A DNA stretch of 64,000 nt from Hemiscyllium ocellatum (Eukaryota): assembly GCF_020745735.1 (NCBI RefSeq), contig NC_083444.1, forward strand, positions 7,446,338 to 7,510,337, given 5' to 3'. This document shows, piece after piece, positions 61,294-64,000 of the stretch (positions are counted from its first letter, which is position 1; each line of letters opens with the position of its first letter). A program made the translations under genes and the position numbers. Below the pieces are notes generated by a model. It searched no databases, was not told the origin of the DNA, and saw nothing but the letters and a program-made list of their open reading frames with translations.

Positions 61294-64000
61294 AGGAGAA
61301 ATTCAGCAGCGTCTGGGAGGGTCCCAGCTCCCGGGAAATCTCTTTGGACACAAACACTTTCAGGGCACCTTCCCCAGGGACTGGAACACCTCCCAAACTC
61401 ATCCTTTCACTCCCACCCCCTTACTCTTCCCCAGGGTCTGTCACACTGAGACACCCCCTCACTCCCCGGGGTCAGTCACACTGAGACACCCCCTCACTCC
61501 CCAGGGTCAATCAAACTGAGACACCCCCTCATTCCCCAGGGTCAGTTACACTGAGACACCCACGCAGCCCCCAGGGTCAGTTACACTGAGACACCCACGC
61601 AGCCCCCAGGGTCAGTCACACTGAGACACCCCCTCACTCCACAGGGTTAGTTACACACAGACACCCTCTCACCACCCCCCCCCCCCCCCAAGGTCAGTCA
61701 CACTGAGACACCCTCTCACCCCCGCCCCCCCCCCCCCCAAGGTCAGTCACACTGACACACCCCCTCACTCCCCAGGGTCAGAGACACTGAGACACCCACA
61801 CAGCCCCCAGGGTCAGTCACACTGAGACACCCCCTCATTCCTCAGGGTCAGAGACACTGACTCCTCCTCACTCCCCAGGGTCAGAGACACTGACTCCCCC
61901 TCACTCCCCAGAGGGGAGGTGAGTGTGACAGCCCTTGATGATTTGAGTGAGTGTGGCATCGAGGAGCCCTGGCCAAACTGAAGCCCATGGGGATCAGGCG
62001 GCAAACTCTCCACTGGTTAGTGTCATCCGTGACACATAGGAAGATGGCTGTGGTTGTTAGACGTCAGTCATCTCAGCCCCAGGACATCTCTGCAGGAGTT
62101 CCTCAGGGTAATGTCCCAGACCCAACCATCTTCAGCTGCTTCATCAATGACGTTCCCTCCATCATAAGGTCAGAATTGGGGATTTTCACCGGTAATTGCA
62201 GAACGTTTAGCACCATTCGCCACTCCCCAGATACTGAAGCAGTCTGTGTCCAAATGCAGCAAGATCTGGACTGACTAGTGGCATTTCACATCATGCCACA
62301 CAAATACCAAGCAATGGCCATCTCCAATAAGAGACAATCTAACCTCTGCCCCTTGATTTTCATTGGTGTTACCTTCAGTGAATCCCCTACTGTCAACATC
62401 CTAACAGTTATCATTGACCAGAAGCTAAACTGAATTTGCCACATAAACACAATGGCTACAAGAACAGGTCAGAGGCTAGGAGTACTGCAGTGAGTAACTC
62501 ACCTCCTGACTCCCAAAACGTGTCCACCATCCACAAGGCACATGTCAGCATTGTGAGGAAATACAACCCACTTGCCCTGGATGGGGCAGCTCCGACAACA
62601 CTCAAGAAGCTTGACACCATCCAGGACAAGGCAGCCAACTCAATTGCCACCATGTCCATAACATCCCTTCCCTCCCTCACTGACTCTCAGTAGCAGCAGT
62701 GTGTACCATCTACAAGATGCACTGCAGCAACTCACCAAGACTCCTCAGACAGCACCTTCCAAACACACGATCACTTACATCTGGAAGAACAAGGGCAGCA
62801 GATTAGATTAGATTACTTACAGTGTGGAAACAGGCCCTTCGGCCCAACAAGTCCACACCGACCCGCCGAAGTGCAACTCACCCATTCCCCTACATTTACC
62901 CCTTACCTAACACTACGGGCAATTTAGCATGGCCAATTCACCTGACCCGCACATCTTTGGACTGTGGGAGGAAACCAGAGCACCCGGAGGAAACCCACGC
63001 AGACAAGGGGAGAACGTGCAAACTCCACACAGTCAGTCGCCTGAGTCGGGAATTGAACCCGGGTCTCAGGCACTGTGAGGCAGCAGTGCTAACCACTGTG
63101 CCACCGTGCTGCCCACAGATACATGGGAGCATCATTCCCTGCAAGCTCCCTTCTCAGCCATTCACCATCCTGACTTGGAAATACATCGGCCATTCCTGGA
63201 GTGTTGCTGGATCAGAATCCTGCCACTCCCTCCCTAATGGGACTGTGTGTGTGTCCCTACACCACACGGGACTGCAGCAGTTCAAGATGGCAGCTCACCA
63301 CTTTATTCTCAATGGGCAACAATGGATGGGCCCAACAAGCAACGGGCACCTTCCATGAGTGAAAACAAATCTAAGAACAGGGCACCAATTGTACATTTAT
63401 CAGCTATGGCCTCCTTCCTTGAGTGAAATTGACAAAGATTGATACATGCCCTGTTGGGATTCCTGGCTGTTATCTTTTGTTCTTGTAACATGGGATTTTC
63501 CTGCTTGACACCTTATTGTTGATTTCAGATTCCTCGGATGGAAATTAGCGCGGAGAGACCAAGTGAGAGAATGCGGGATCCAATGGGAATTATCTGTAGG
63601 AATCCCCGGTGCAAGGAATTTACTGGTTTACTGAGTCCTACAGAAACTCATGGTCACACAACAGGCCCATATTCTCGCAGCCCTCACTGTCCAAAGCTGG
63701 TTTGAACCTAGCCCCTTTGAAGTCGACACTGCGGACTGTGAGTTTTGCTGCAATGTTGAACCAGGCTCTGGTTCCCCAGAAAAGAAACTCCGTTTGCAGA
63801 GCTGCTCTGATGTGAAATCGTCTCCGTTTGCTGCTGAACAGATTGCTTCCTGCTCCTGTGTATATATTCAGGCGGGTATAAACCCTGGCACGGCTCCATC
63901 TCATTGGCTGACCCCGTGCCAATCAGTTTCCGTGAAGCACTTTGTAAAAAGTGACAATGTCCCTGCCACAGTGAATCGATTGAGGCTGAAACGTTGAATG
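61294..64000 (+). pseudogene. Remnant of a gene-2-like copy: intron 2 segment, intron 3 LINE, terminal exon (63529-63548) and 3' UTR; V and TM exons absent
   Basis: Colinear inverted homology to about 17270-14150; about 600 bp containing the TM exon missing at about 61910. Confidence 0.75.
62803..63112 (-). mobile_element. HE1-type SINE specific to the remnant copy
   Basis: Absent from the homologous gene 2 intron; near-intact head and tail. Confidence 0.85.

Overview
Repeat-rich vertebrate genomic DNA, almost certainly from a cartilaginous fish (about ten HE1-type tRNA-derived SINEs, CR1/L2 LINEs, Penelope-like elements, Gypsy LTR elements; one 351-N gap). The main content is a cluster of three closely related single V-set Ig receptor genes that by motif resemble the paired immunoglobulin-like type 2 receptors (PILR), plus a fourth remnant. 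Gene 1 (minus; leader 6753-6711, V exon 1862-1494) runs off the left edge. Gene 2 (minus; 27366-27324, 17787-17419, 16331-16143, 14614-14595) is a complete 206-aa activating-type receptor with a Lys in the transmembrane helix and a very short tyrosine-free tail. Gene 3 (plus; 31641-31683, 33265-33633, 50831-51040, probable 56704-56747 and 58254-) is head-to-head with gene 2. It has an uncharged transmembrane helix and a tail exon with two ITIM-shaped motifs, both with Asn in place of Tyr and one base out of frame. A plus-strand remnant of a gene-2-like copy, lacking V and TM exons, lies at about 61294-64000. The copies are mosaics of each other, which suggests gene conversion or unequal crossover. 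Several Penelope-derived repeats carry minimal hammerhead ribozyme cores. Exon models come from manual reading of GT-AG sites and phases, without transcript data. Family assignments come from remembered motifs, not database searches. Repeat boundaries are approximate.
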